A DNA stretch of 63,932 nt, filler included, from Chrysochromulina tobinii (Eukaryota): assembly GCA_001275005.1 (NCBI GenBank). It is 8 parts of 8 records of this genome, joined end to end, with 100 filler letters (N's around TTAATTAATTAA, not from the genome) between each part and the next. Parts side by side here need not be neighbours in the genome. Positions count along the whole stretch, not along the records: positions 20,096 to 31,623 come from JWZX01000224.1; positions 31,724 to 34,198 come from JWZX01000225.1; positions 34,299 to 41,272 come from JWZX01000227.1; 5 more parts are not named here. One strand, 5' to 3'. The notes below the pieces were generated by a model. That model had not been told where the DNA came from. It worked only from the letters and a program-made list of their open reading frames with translations, and searched no databases. Each line of letters begins with the position of its first letter. Position 1 is the first letter of the stretch. Positions 23,481 to 36,147 of this stretch are shown here, piece after piece. The position numbers were made by a program, and so were the translations under genes.

Positions 23481-23996
23481 ATGCCCGATGCTCGAGATCC
23501 TCTTCAGGGAGGTCTCGCACGCGATCTGGCAAAGTTTCTGGTGAAAGTGCAGAAGGAACGTCGCTTGAGGCTGGTGCGCCGTACTGAGGACCGCTTGCGC
23601 AAGGCGATGCCCATCTCCACTACGCCGCCGTCTTCCCCAATGGGTGCCGCCGCCGTCGTCCCCAACAGCGCTGATGACCCCACTGCGCTCGAATGCGCGT
23701 ATTGCAGCCAGGAGAGCAACAGCTCCAGCGCCGCCGATGCTGCCCGCCCCTGCGACCGCGCTGAGAACAACAGCTCCATCGCCGCCGATGCTGCCCGCCC
23801 CTGCGACCGCGCTGAGAACCCCTACGCGCTCGAGTGCATCCTCTGCCTTGATGCTTACGAAACAGGCCAGCGCGTGCGGACGCTTCCATGTGACCACGTA
23901 TTCCACCAGCACGTATTGTTGGGGATTCACCCAACGACTGTGGTATCGTGCGTGTGGAGGGAGAGTTGTTGGGGATTCACCCAAGAGCGGTTCTGA
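23481..23996 (+). pseudogene. Truncated RING-H2 finger gene fragment
   Basis: ECILCLDAYETGQRVRTLPCDHVFHQH lacks the last three zinc ligands; local 51-bp and 19-bp duplications. Confidence 0.5.
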
Positions 23997-25011
23997 GGTC
24001 AGGTCGGACCGCTGAGGACATGAAGCTTTTTTTTGCCCAGGAGGTGTCCAGAGGGTGTTTCGAGACTCCCTGGAGTTAGTACGGGGCCCTCGGAGGCGCG
24101 GGGGGGTTAGGGGAGGGTAAAAACATAAATCGTGAAACGAAGGCCTTAGGAAATAGGGGATCGTGAATCGAAGGCGTTTCGTCACTAGAAACCCTATCCA
24201 TGGCGCACCCTGGCTTCATCGTGGTGAAGGCTGCCGCCCAGGCGAACGGCGCAAACTGTAGCCCTTGGCTCTGCGAATGCTGATGCTTAAAACGGTCCAG
24301 TGTGCGCCATAGGGTCCGGCGATGAGGGTGGCGTACAATGTATGAGCAAAACGTGTTGTAGCGGTCATATAAGTCATTCAAGCACACGTTCAATCACGCG
24401 CTACTGGAATCGAAGATAAGTGGCACCAAGGCACCATGTCTTTCGCGCAGTGGTGGGTGCTAGACCTGACCTCAGAAACGCTCTCCAGGCCCCAGGCGCC
24501 CGGGGGGCGCAAGGGCAGTGCACGGTGCCCTCTTGATGAACGTGAGGGAGTAGCAATCTGGTAAATAAGCATGGGAAGTACAGATTAAGTACCGCGGGAT
24601 CGTCAGACACCAGAGTCCCGCTCCCGCGGTGAAAGCGCGTCCATACTCCATTCTCGTCGCAATGGATACCCGTCCATTCTCGTCGCAAATGGAGAATACG
24701 CCGTCGCATTGCGATAGAGGCCCTCGTGCTTGGGGGTTCGGAGAGTGTGCGCGTTTGTGTGTTTCACAGCAACAGCTTTGGAATTGAGGAATTCCATTCT
24801 CAGAACGCGGCGCCGTCGCGTGTCGGTGTGCGTACGCACACATGTGGAGCACAGACCTCGAGGGGTGCGCGCTCCAAACTCTCCGGAACCGTCGCGAAGT
24901 GGTGGTTCGCCATCCGCGAGGCACGCTCACTCACCCACCCTCCTGCCCTGTGATCGCTGAACGCTGTGCAGGAACAGCGGATGGGGGCACCAGCAGCAGC
25001 AGCAGCCGCAG

Positions 25012-25800
25012 ATGTTACCAGGCGCACAGCTTCCCGGCATGCAGCTTAACGGCGCGCAGCTGCCTAGCGCTCAACTTCCCGACTTTGGCTTTGGCGGCGA
25101 CTCTACCGGCGGCCTGCTGCCGGCAATGCCCGGTGCGCTCGGGCTGCCATCGGCGCAAGACTTTGGCGGCTTTGAGCAGGAGCAGCACGGCGGCGGCATG
25201 GGTGGCGGCCGGCTCGAGCCGGTGCTCGAGAGCACCGAGCGCTCCGCCTTCTCGACCGTTGGCAATCTCGATGGGGAAGGTGAGGGCACACTGGGCGCCG
25301 TCTCGGGCTTCGGCTCCGTCAAAAAGGGTTTCTTCGACGCGTCTTCCCTCGGCGACGATGACGTGGAAGCGACCAGGCGGGAGCTCGCCAAGTGCCAGGC
25401 TGAGCTTGCGGCCTCGCGCGCGGAGCTGGCGGAAGAGAGGAGGAAGCACACGTACAACGTGCGCCGCATGCTCGACGCCAACGAGGCACTCCAGGCGCAA
25501 CTGCGAGAGCTCAACGGCGTCGTCCAGCGGATCGTCATGAAGACGTTGAACTTGCAGCGCACCGGCGCCGTCCCGAGCAGCGCCGTACCGGGCGGCATCA
25601 ACCCGCCCAAGGGGGGTGGCAGCAGCGGCCCCTTCCCGGCGATGGCCAAGCCGGGCGCGAAGCCTAAGCCGTCCCTGACGGCCCCCGCGAATGCAGCAGA
25701 CACTCTGGCGGACCACCATGCTCCCACAGCTCCCACAGCTCCACCTGGACCTGGGTCCAAGCCCAAGCAAGAGCCACCCGGCGCTAAGCCCTTCAAATGA
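25012..25800 (+). CDS. Hypothetical protein with central coiled coil
   Basis: 262-aa ORF with strong GC3 bias; may have an upstream exon. Confidence 0.6.
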   Translation: MLPGAQLPGMQLNGAQLPSAQLPDFGFGGDSTGGLLPAMPGALGLPSAQDFGGFEQEQHGGGMGGGRLEPVLESTERSAFSTVGNLDGEGEGTLGAVSGFGSVKKGFFDASSLGDDDVEATRRELAKCQAELAASRAELAEERRKHTYNVRRMLDANEALQAQLRELNGVVQRIVMKTLNLQRTGAVPSSAVPGGINPPKGGGSSGPFPAMAKPGAKPKPSLTAPANAADTLADHHAPTAPTAPPGPGSKPKQEPPGAKPFK

Positions 25801-26697
25801 TCTCTTCTCCAAACCGACACTCTCCGATCGGGATCGCCGCCCGCCGATTTGGTTTTTTTTCAGCGGGGGCTTTGACGGCGATGACGTCTGTGTATTGTAG
25901 ACGTTGTACAGAGCTTGCACAGCTTCATCTGTGGCGTCGGCCCTTCCGGCTCTGAAAAGTGAAAAAACATTGTTTAACGAAACTTCCGAGTTCAGCGTTC
26001 GGAAACAGCACATGCCACATGCCCCCCGTCGATAGTGTGCGGACGCCCGGGCGGGGGCGGGGGCGACCTCCGGCGTTACCGCGCGCCGGAGCCGAACCGC
26101 TTCGTGTCAACCGGCGGCGTCGACGGCGGCGGAGCGCCGAGCGACCCGGCCCGCGGCCGGGCGCGGGCGACGATACATCGGAGACGGGACGTGGCTGGTT
26201 CGGAGTCGGACATGCGATGCCGATGGTGCATGCATGGAACCATTACTGTGCGGTCACGGCGGTCTTCTCTGTGCATCACACTTAAAGGGATGTTAAATAC
26301 TTAAATTAGCAAACAACGGCGGTTCGGGTTCGCGCTTCGCGGCGCGCTCTGACTTCTAGGCGCGTTCAAACGATCACGTTCTCGCATCTCGGACGACGTC
26401 ACGAGACGTCGTGACGTCGAGATCAAGCGGTGGAGCGGAGAACTCGCATACCAGGCTCAAGCGGGACTTGGACTGCGAATCTATCTTTATCAGACACGCC
26501 GTGCGCGGCGCGTACGCAGCTCGCATGGCGCGAGCATCCTAGTGCTAGCGTCGACCGGGTCCCCACGGGTCACATGTGCTCATCATGTGCGGTGACGGGG
26601 CGCGCGGCCGAACTAACGATCCCCTGCGCGCTCGTTGCCGCGCGCTCTCGGCTCGCCCTCGCTTACGCCGTACCGAGCCTGCGCCACGGCTGGTGTC

Positions 26698-26960
26698 CCA
26701 CAGCTACGACTTCACAGCTCCGACTTCACAGCTCCGACTTCACAGCTCCGACTGCACGTCCCCTTACATGCATCTTGCCTCATCTTCTCATCTTCAAGAG
26801 CCACATCGGCATCATCCAGATCATCCATCCCATTCACCTCGATAGTTCATGAGCCCCAAGCCTTGACCTCGCCCGCTATCCGGCTTCACACGCGCGCAGG
26901 CTTCACACCCGGCTTCACACCCGGCTTCACACCCGGCTTCACACCCGGCTTCACACGCGC
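26698..26960. repeat. CTTCACA-core minisatellites
   Basis: (ACTTCACAGCTCCG)x3 near 26709 and (GGCTTCACACCC)x5 near 26899. Confidence 0.8.
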
Positions 26961-27242
26961 AGCTCGCGGGCCGATCTTCATCCTCAGAAGCGGAAGAGCC
27001 GCCCGCCGTGCGCCGTGTGCCCTATCGTGTGCCCGATTGGCGCGTTCACACCCAAAGTCCCCTCAGCACTGCCCGGCGTCGTCCCGGGCGACGGTTGGCG
27101 CACCCCCTTCTTTCGGACCACGGTGCCGCCAACGGCCCTCAGCTCGCGGTGCATCGTCGGAGTTGCGATGCCTGACGGTAGGGTGGACGGTAGGGTGGAC
27201 GTGAGAGTTGAGCGCCCCGACCAGTCGTCCTGCATGCAAGGG

Positions 27243-30200
27243 CTACCAGGGAGATTCTGCGAGCTGCCGGGGAGATTCTGCGAGCTCCAGGGCGCCACGT
27301 CCGTGAAGCTCCTGCGCCGGCTCGGCGTCTGCGTCGGAGTGCTTGATGACGGGGACGTCCCGGCGCCCCCTCCTTCCCCCCCGGTGCCGCACAGGGCCGT
27401 CCTCGTCTGACGAATCCGGTTTGGGCAGTGACGAATCTGTCGGTCCCGTGGGCTTTTTCCGCCTTCCCCCGAGCAACCCCCCCAGCCGCCGTCGAGGCTC
27501 CGCTGCGGCCGTATGGTGGTTCGTATGGTGGCTCGCGTAACTGTTCGGTGAGGCAGCGGCACTCGCGGCGGCGCTCCCCATCGGGTTCCCAATCGGGTCG
27601 TTCTCCTTATCGCGCTCCCCACTCGCCCCGCGCCGGCCGGCGCCGCTGCCTTCACGCTTCGATGGCTTGCCTGTCTTCACAGGCGCCGGCGCGAGCTGCG
27701 CAGGCGCATTCGCGTTGGATACGCCGTTGGCGATCTGGACGGGCGCGGCCGAGGGCTTGGGTGCGAGCGTCTTGTTGAGCGGCGCCACCTCCACGCTCGC
27801 CTTCTGAGGGAGGAGCTCGTCGGGGAATTCGTCAATGACGAGGGGTCCATCCCAAGATCTCCCAATCGATCTCCCCATCGGGAGCGACCCCATCGGGCGA
27901 GGCCTCGCCGCCTCCGCCCGTGCGTCTCTCTTGGCTGCCTTCAGCTGCCCGACCGCATCATGCACCGCCGGGGCAAGCGGCGGGGGGCAGCGGCGGGGGG
28001 CGGCGCCGGGGGGCGAGAGAGCGCTCAGCTCCAGATTCGTGGTGACCGACGAGGTGCCATCTCCGCGAATCTCGATCTGGAGCCTCGGAGATGGCAGGAC
28101 CCGAATCTCAACCCGCGGCGTGGTCACGATCTGCATCGTCGGCGCTCGAGCGAGCGAGTCAGCACGCGCCTCGGAGGCCGCCGCCCGCGCCGCCGCCGCT
28201 GCGTCTCGCGCGCGCCGCGCGCTGAGCGAGCCATCTCTATCCCCATCCCCATCCACGGAGGTCGCGGCGGCGGCGGCGGCCGAGGCGGCGGCGGCGGCCG
28301 CGGCGTTGGGGAGGCTCGTGAAGATGGGTGCTGTGAAGGTGGGTGCTGTGAAGGTGGGTGCGGCAGCAGTTTCTGCTTCGACCACTGGCGCCTTCACCGG
28401 CGCCATCGAGGGCGCCGTCGCGGGCGCCGTCGCCGTCGCGGGCGCCGTCGCCGTCGCGGGCGCCGTCGCCGTCGCGGGCGCCGCTGGGGACTGTTTGAGC
28501 GGCGGCGGGGCGGACGGTTTGGCGCGCGGCTCAAAGGTCTTCATGAGGGCCTCGCGCGCCCGCGCCGAGTTGAGCGCCTCGTGCACCACCGCTGGGGAGG
28601 CTGCCCGTGCCGCGGCAGCCACCGCCACGGGCGGCGGCGGGAGCGGCGGCATGTCGACCGGTAACACGGCCTTGTTGCTCGGCGGCTGCGGCGCCAGTGA
28701 GGCCGTAGCAGGCAGCGACGGCGGCGCGAGCTGCAGGCTCTTTTGCAGATGGGCCCTGGCGCGCGCGCTGTCGGTCGGCTCATTGACGACCGCGGGTGAG
28801 CCTGCCTGGGAGACCGCCTGCACGGTGGATGGCGAGTGGTGAGTGACGAGGCAATCAGGACGCAATCAGGACGCGATCAGGACGCGATCAAGAGGCCATC
28901 AAGAGGCCATCAAGAGGCGATCAAGAGGCGATCAAGAGGCCATCAAGACGCAATCAGGATGCAATCAGGAGGCCATCAAGAGGCCATCAAGAGGCCAAGA
29001 ACGGCACTCGCCTGAACGGTCGAAGTCGCTCGCTCCGACCAGACACCGTCCCGTTCGGTCCAGCCCGACGCCTCCGAGCTCTGGACCGATGGCGGCGCGT
29101 ACCTGTGGGGAAAGGGGAGGACGCGCGCGCCGTGGTGAGCACTTGCATGCGCCCCCCCCAAAGCTCGAGCGCTCTGGACCGATGGCGGCGCATACCTCGA
29201 GGTGCGCTTGGTCGCAGCTGCCGCCACGGCCGCCGCGAGGGCCGCCATACCTACCCCTAGGGCGGTGGGACCATCCTTGACAGGCGCGGGAGTCACGCAC
29301 GCAGTGCCCTTCGCGGGCGCCGTGTCGGGCGCGCTGCTCTTCAGCGGGAGGGGTGGCACAGCCGGGTGGCGAGCTTGTGGAGGCGGCGCCCTCGTCGGCA
29401 ACGGCGGCGGCAAGGCGACGATAGGTGGCGGCACCGGAGGTGGTGGCACAGCTGCCACAGACACGGCGCTGGCTGCCACGGCAGCAGGCGCGCCTGCGCC
29501 CGCCGCCCTCGCCTCCGCCGCCCTTGCCTCCGCCGCCCTTGCCTCAGCCGCCCTTGCCTCCGCCGCCCTTGCCCGAACCTCAGCGGCTGCCGCACGCTGC
29601 TCGGCGGCGGCGCGGGCGGTCTCAGAGCCAGCACGTTCACGCCTCGCCACCTCCGCCTCCGCCATCGCCGTGTGCGCCCGCGCCTGCGCCGCCGCTGCGG
29701 CCTCGTGGCCACGCGCCTCGGCCGCCCGCGCCGCCGCCTCTGCCGCCTTCGCCGCCGCCTCTGCTACCATGGCCGCCGCCTCGGCCGCCCGCGCCGCCGC
29801 CTCGGCGAGCTTCGCCTGCTCCTCGAGAACCGAACGCGCTGTGGTGAGCACTTGCATGCAAGGCAGGTCATCAGTGGCAATCAACGTGCCTGCTCCTCGA
29901 GTGCGGAACGCGCTGTGGTGAGCACTTGCATATGCAAGGCAGGTCATCAGTGGCAATCAACGTGCCTGCTCCTCGCGCTCCACAGCACGGCTGACCGCGG
30001 CCTGTGCCTGCTGCTCGGCCGCTTGCGCCGCCTCTGCGCGCTCCGCCGCCGCGCGACTCGCCGCGAGCGCCTCGGCGAGCTCCTGCTTCGTCTTCGTCAG
30101 CTCGGCGGTCGCCGTGAGGTTCGTCAGCTCGGCGGTCGCCGTAAGGTTCGCCACGGCCGCCTTCTCCTTCTTCTCCTTCCGCCGCTGCTGCTGCTCGAGC

Positions 30201-31174
30201 TGCTGCGCGGCCGCACGCTCCGACTTGGTGGCAGACAGCTCCTGCGCAGTCGATTGAAGCTGCATCGATGCCTGCGACAGCTGGTCCGCTTGGCGGCGGA
30301 TAGTCGCGGTCAGCTCCATCTCCCTCTTCCTGAGCCGTTCCACTTCGCGCCGCTCCGCTTGCGCCTCCGATCGGTGCTCTTGAACGAGCCGATGGAGTGC
30401 CTCCGCCTGCGCGGCCGCCTCGGACGCCTCCCGCCTCGCCGCGTCCGCTTCTCGCCGCGCCGCTGCCGCCTGCTCGGCCGCCTGGCCCACCGGCGCATCA
30501 GCCTCGATGCGCGCGGCGGCCGCCTCACGCAGCTCGCGCAGTTGGGCTTGAAGCAACTCGGCCTCGCGCCGCGCCTCCTCGGCCTCGCGCCGCGCTGCGA
30601 GGACTTGGTCATCCGACGCCACCGCTGCGCCATGAGCGCGCGCCATCTCCGAGGTGATGGCCGCCGACGCCTTCGCCGCTGCCTCGGCCGTCGCGGCGCC
30701 AACGTCGCCGCCCTCACCCGCGCGCGCGGCCGCAAACTCATACGATGCCATCTTCAGAGAGTCGCGCAGCGCAGGCACCTCGCCAGCGAGCAGCGCGCGC
30801 ACGCCGAGCTGCACGATGTCCGCCTCGCGCTCGACGGTGCGCCGCAGCTGGCCCTCGAGCAGCGCAAGCTCCCCTCGGAACACAGACATTGCGACCATCA
30901 CCTCGGCGCGCTCGGCAATGCGGCGCGCGCTGTTGTGCCTCTCCTTGGGCTGCGACATCGTGATGTTCAGCTGCATCGGCGCCGCCGCGGGTGCGTTGGG
31001 CGTCGCCGCCCCGGGAGGCGGCGCGACGGCCAACGCGGCAACCGATCGGCGCGCCTCGTAAAGCTGCACATTCGAGAGCTGGAGCGCCTGGCGCGTCTCC
31101 GCGTGCGCGGCGCGCTCGGCGCGCAGAAGCCGATCCACACATCCCAGCTCGAACTGCGCCGCCTGCGAGTACAT
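27243..31174 (-). CDS. Large multi-exon Ala/Glu coiled-coil and Pro-rich protein
   Basis: Exons 31174-29966, 29815-29196, 29102-29012 and 28817-~27243 join in frame through introns 29965-29816 (GC-AG), 29195-29103 (GT-AG) and 29011-28818 (GC-AG). A further 3' exon near 27170-26984 is possible. Confidence 0.7.
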
Positions 31175-31869
31175 AATGGCCCACGAGCGGCTCTCGAATG
31201 ACCTTCGAAAAAGGGCGGGGTGTGAAGATGGGTATGAAGTGAGAATAAAATAAATGAGGAGCTACTTGTGCTTAAATAATTGATGAACTTCGTGCAAAAC
31301 GTCGGTGCAAGACGCGACTTGCGGTTCGTCAGTTCCGTTGCGAAGGGGCGCGGTACTGTACCGAGCTGTACAACGACGGCCAGTTGTTTTTTTAGTGCCC
31401 GCCGCCCGCCCGACTTCGCAAATCGCCAGCTTGGCCAGCTTGCCAAGTCGCCTACGGAGGAAAGCACCTCTTCCTCGAGCGTGTGCGCTATCACCTCTTT
31501 CAGCATCTCGGGCCGCCTGTCGAATGCAGTCAATGGATGCAGCTGAGGGTGGTGCTCATGGCGATGCTGCTTCGACGATCGCTGCCTTCGAAAAGGAAGA
31601 ACTCGCGCGCGAGCAGCTGCAGANNNNNNNNNNNNNNNNNNNNNNNNNNNNNNNNNNNNNNNNNNNNTTAATTAATTAANNNNNNNNNNNNNNNNNNNNN
31701 NNNNNNNNNNNNNNNNNNNNNNNCACGTACTGTACGAACGCTTTCGTCGAGCATTTATCTTGGATCGAAAAAATGGACAGGGAATGGACAAATTCACAGT
31801 CACTCCCTTTATCGCGCAGAGCACATGATTTTTCGACCGAGGAGAGCCGCCGCTGCCCCCGCCGGGATA

Positions 31870-33185
31870 AGTGTTGTTTTTTCCCGAAAGTGGTGTTGTT
31901 TTTTTCCATACGCATTTAAGTGCATATTCATGCATTCTGATGCATTTTCAACATTTTCATTTAGGGGGCCAAGGCCAAGGGCTGGTGTTCCATCGTGCGG
32001 CGCTGTGTCGGTTCTTTTCAACTCTATTTTAGAGTCAATTTCAGAAGTAACACGACTGTCACGTCTCACGTCACACGAACCACGTACTCGTCCCCTCTCT
32101 CGCGGCGCGTCGCGCGCGCTCGAAGAAGCCCGCGGAACTCACGCACTCCGGTCAGCGGAAACCGCGGACGCCACCTACGGCTCGTTGTCGACGTGCACTG
32201 GTTGATTTAGAAAGTTCTCGAACTCCTCGGAGGAGTTGTATTCTTGGTCACTGCCCTCGTACCCGTACATGTTCCCGTACATGTACCCGGGTACGAGCGA
32301 GCGTTCTTCTTTTGCTTGATCTTCGACGAAAGGGTCTTCTTCCTCATCACACAGCACACACATCCAGTTGCCCTCTTCTTCCTCATCTTCCTCAACATCG
32401 TCGCCATATTCTTCCTCAGGATCGTCCTCAACGTCGTCGCTCTCGTCTTCACTCTGGTACAGGTAATACTCCTCCGGATGATCGAAGGCGTAGAGGATCG
32501 CCCGCATAGCCCAGCAGTCGGTGCTCGCGCTGGTAGGCGTCGAGCTGCTTACACAACCTCTGTGGGTTACGCACACGCACCAGGCGGGGAGGCGACGATG
32601 GCAGGGCGCGCGGCGCGTGGAGACTAGATGGCGGGGCGCGTCGCGTGGAGACAATCGCGCCCACTTGAATGCGTAAGAATGCGAGTGCGTCAGAATGCAA
32701 CGTGTCGACAGAATGCACCTTATGTGGGGAGGCATTTGAATGCATTTGAATGCAACTCATGTAGAATGCAACGCACTGCGAATGCACAATAATACATATG
32801 AATGCACCGTACTCGGAATGCACTAAGATGCAGCTATTACAACTGCATCGAAATGCGTTACAATGCGTCACGCCACGTATGCATCACGTGGCGAATGCAT
32901 CAACATGAAGCGGACCTTCTGGATGCATGAAAATGCATAAAAATGTAACATGTCGAGAATGCAGCAGGTATAAAAATGCATCAGAATGCAACCGTCTCGC
33001 ATCGGAAGAATGCAGCAGCTCAAAGTGGTTGCAAAATGCGTTCGAATGCAACCGAATTGTAGAATGCAGCGCGTCTGAATGCATGCAAAAAACAATGAAA
33101 TGCATATGTATGCACACGCATGCATACGAATGCACATGAATGCGTATGTTAAAAAACAACACCACTTTCGTTAAAAAACAACACT
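31870..33185. mobile_element. Non-autonomous DNA transposon-like element with ~60-bp imperfect inverted repeats and GAATGCA subterminal array
   Basis: 31870 AGTGTTGTTTTTTCCCGAAAGTGGTGTTGTTTTTTTCCATACGCATT is the near reverse complement of 33139-33185; dense ATGCA motifs at 32667-33145. Confidence 0.7.
32175..32507 (-). CDS. Small acidic ORF inside the inverted-repeat element
   Basis: MRAILYAFDHPEEYY followed by D/E-rich sequence with a CxxC. Confidence 0.3.
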   Translation of the reverse strand: MRAILYAFDHPEEYYLYQSEDESDDVEDDPEEEYGDDVEEDEEEEGNWMCVLCDEEEDPFVEDQAKEERSLVPGYMYGNMYGYEGSDQEYNSSEEFENFLNQPVHVDNEP

Positions 33186-33221
33186 CCACCCGCGAGTGGA
33201 GAGGGTGGCGGCATTCGGACT

Positions 33222-34169
33222 ATGGGCGGCACAGGGGGCGACAAGGGGGGCGGCATGACGGGGGGCGGCAGGATGGGGGGTGGTTTGCGTGGACCGCATC
33301 CAGTGCATGTTGCACATTCTCTGAGTCGAATTCTCAACCCCACCCCCCGCGGTCAACATAATCCTGCTCTCGCAGAAGGACTCAGAGGACTGGATGTGGA
33401 GCTAGAAGGTTTGCGCGAGTACCTCGACGCGGCGACTGGGATGGCCGCGAGATGGGTGGCTCCCTCCACCAACCCCAAAAGGCTTCGTGGGGCCTATGCC
33501 GCGGACACCGTGGTAGCGTCCGCCGTGGTGGCGTCGTCCGACGCCGTCGCTTCCGAGATCGGCATGGCAATGGTTCCGTCGTCGGTGAGCAGCGCGGCGC
33601 ATGCGGACATGCAGGAGGAGGAACGAAGTGCGGCCGAGGCGGCGAAGGGGCAGGCGCGCGTGCTCGCCGAGCGCGAAGAGGCGTGGAGCGCGAAGCTGTG
33701 CGAGGCGCAGCACGAGGCACGCGCCGTGTCCGAGCGCCATGAGACCGAGCTCGACAAGCAGGCCGCTGCGCTGCGCGCGCTCGAGCAGCAGCTCGCGGCG
33801 GCAGAAGAGAGGGCGGTGGCGGACAAGGCGGCGCTCGCCTTGAGCCGCGAGCAGGCAGTCGTCGAGCGGGAGCCGCGCGAGCAGCTCGAGGCGACGCTGC
33901 GCGCCAAGTCGCAGGCGCTCGAGGAGGCGACCGACACGATTGCCGAGCTCCGACACCAGCTCGCGGCGGCGACCGAGACGAATGCCGAGCTACGACACCA
34001 GCCAGAGGCGGCGACCGACACGAATGCCGAGCTCCGACACCAGCTCGCGGCGGATGGCGAGGCTGTCGATGCGCAAAGGATCGCTCTGCATGAGGTCGCG
34101 TCGGCTCGAGTTTGCCCTTTGCGTAGATGTCGAAAAATTTTAGGCAAATGTCTATGTCTTAAATCATAA
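33222..34169 (+). CDS. Hypothetical coiled-coil protein, ends uncertain
   Basis: Ala/Glu-rich ORF with three (ATxTNAELRHQ) repeats. Confidence 0.45.
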   Translation: MGGTGGDKGGGMTGGGRMGGGLRGPHPVHVAHSLSRILNPTPRGQHNPALAEGLRGLDVELEGLREYLDAATGMAARWVAPSTNPKRLRGAYAADTVVASAVVASSDAVASEIGMAMVPSSVSSAAHADMQEEERSAAEAAKGQARVLAEREEAWSAKLCEAQHEARAVSERHETELDKQAAALRALEQQLAAAEERAVADKAALALSREQAVVEREPREQLEATLRAKSQALEEATDTIAELRHQLAAATETNAELRHQPEAATDTNAELRHQLAADGEAVDAQRIALHEVASARVCPLRRCRKILGKCLCLKS

Positions 34170-34298
34170 TATCTTAGGCATATGTCGCGACACAACATNN
34201 NNNNNNNNNNNNNNNNNNNNNNNNNNNNNNNNNNNNNNNNNNTTAATTAATTAANNNNNNNNNNNNNNNNNNNNNNNNNNNNNNNNNNNNNNNNNNNN

Positions 34299-36052
34299 AG
34301 GAGGAGGAGGAGGAGGAGGAGGAGGAGGAGGAGGAAGAGGCTCTGGGCGCATGGGTGGAAGCCCAAGAGGGGAGTGGCATCGTCTACTGCAGCCGGCGCG
34401 CCGAAACCGAACGCGTGGCGGCGCTGCTGTGCGAGCGCGGCATCGACGCGGAAGCCTTCCACGCCGGCCTGGCGCTCGAGCGTCGGCAGCGAGTGAGCGC
34501 CGATTGGATGGTCGACAGCACACGCGTCATCGTGAGCACTCTCGCCTTCGGCATGGGCGTCGACAAGGCGGCCGTGCGCTTCGTTGCACACTGGGACCCT
34601 CCTAAGACCATGGAGGGGCTGCTGCAGGAGGCGGGGCGCGCCGGGCGCGACGGCCGGCCCGCTGTCTCGCGTGTCTTCTACTCGCGCTCGCGCTTACCGC
34701 CTGTGGGCTCTGAGCTCGCGCCGAACGCAAGTGTGGTGCGCTACGCAGAGGCGCAGCTGACAGCGGAGGCGGCGCCTACGTGCCGACGTGCGATGCTGCT
34801 CCGCCACTTTGGGGAGGTACCGCTCGCGATGGCGGGCCGCGGCTGTGAAGTGGATGGCTGTGAAGTGGATGGCGCGTGGCGCTGCTGTGACCTGTGCGAG
34901 TGCCGCGCGCGACTGCTCGCCTCTGGTCTGCTCCCCACCGCTCCCACCACCACAGTCACCGCCACCGCTCCCACCACCACTGCCGCCCTTGTCGCCTCGG
35001 GTGCAGGGGGCTCGACTGGGGGCGACCCCAGCCCCGCCCGCTGGGCGCGGCTCGGTGCAGTTAGGCGCACAGGCGCCCTGAGCTCGCGCGGCGCCCGCAT
35101 GACGGCGGCGGCGAAGGCGAGTGGCCCTGCCTCGCATGCCGTGCTGAGCGTCGTGCTGAGCGCACCTGCCGCGTCGCCATCGCCACCGCTGCCGTCGCCC
35201 GCAAATACCTGCTCCTCGGCGGCTGCGGCAGCGTCACAGCTGCCGCAGGTGCTGGCGCGGGGCCCACTGCACCGCGCCACCGTGCCCGCGTGGGCGAAAC
35301 GGGCGTGCGGCGGAGGACTCAGCGGCGGAAACCGCTGCATCGGCACGGACGCGAGCAGTGCTCACGGCGGCCGCGGCGGCCGCGGCAGTCGCGGCAGTCC
35401 CGGCATCGCTGATGGCACTTCCGATGGTCCAGCCACCGTCACGGCAGCGCACGCGTCCGGGCTGCCCGCAGCGGCAACGGCGCCGCCGCGTTCACATGCC
35501 TCTCAGGCCTCCTCCTCGTCCTCCTCCTCCTCCTCGATGTCCAGCTCGCACTCTGCGTCGCACACGACGACCTCGCGTTCGTCCGCGTCCGCCTTCCGCG
35601 CGCCACGGCGCGTGGATCCTCAGCCATGCCTGCAGGAACGCAACCGGATCGGCCTGGCGGCGAACGATGCCTACCTCCGATCCGTCATCTCATTCACGCC
35701 GCGTCCGGGCGCGCGCACTAACCTGGGCCTGCTGTCGAAGCGGACCGCGGGCGCGGCTATCTTGGTCGAGAAGGGCGCGGCGGGCAGGGGCGGCGGCGGC
35801 GGCGGCCTTCTGATTGACGCGCTGGGGCGCGTGCGGACGGGTGCTGCGAACGACAGTGACGACGAGGAGGCGGCCGATCCTGAGCACGACGTGGAGATGG
35901 CCACAGGCTCGTGCCACGAGGGCGCCTGCGGCGGCGACGACGACGACGGCTCCGGCATTCGGCCCTTCCGCCGCCGCCCGCTCGAGGACGTGCCGCATCG
36001 CGACGCGGCAAACAACCGCGCGGCAAAGGTTCCGCGTGTTGGCGCGCTGTGA
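34299..36052 (+). CDS. RecQ-family DNA helicase, C-terminal part (5'-truncated)
   Basis: SGIVYCSRR, FHAGL, IVSTLAFGMGVDKAAVRFVAH, QEAGRAGRDG, and RQC zinc motif CRR..LLRHFGE...CCDLC. Confidence 0.93.
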
Positions 36053-36147
36053 ATGTGAGTGTCAAAATGTGAAGTTCATTCGTTTGCAGGATAGCAACGC
36101 CCGTGCTAATTAATAAGATTAATGGCGACCTTCGGGGCGGCCGTCTG

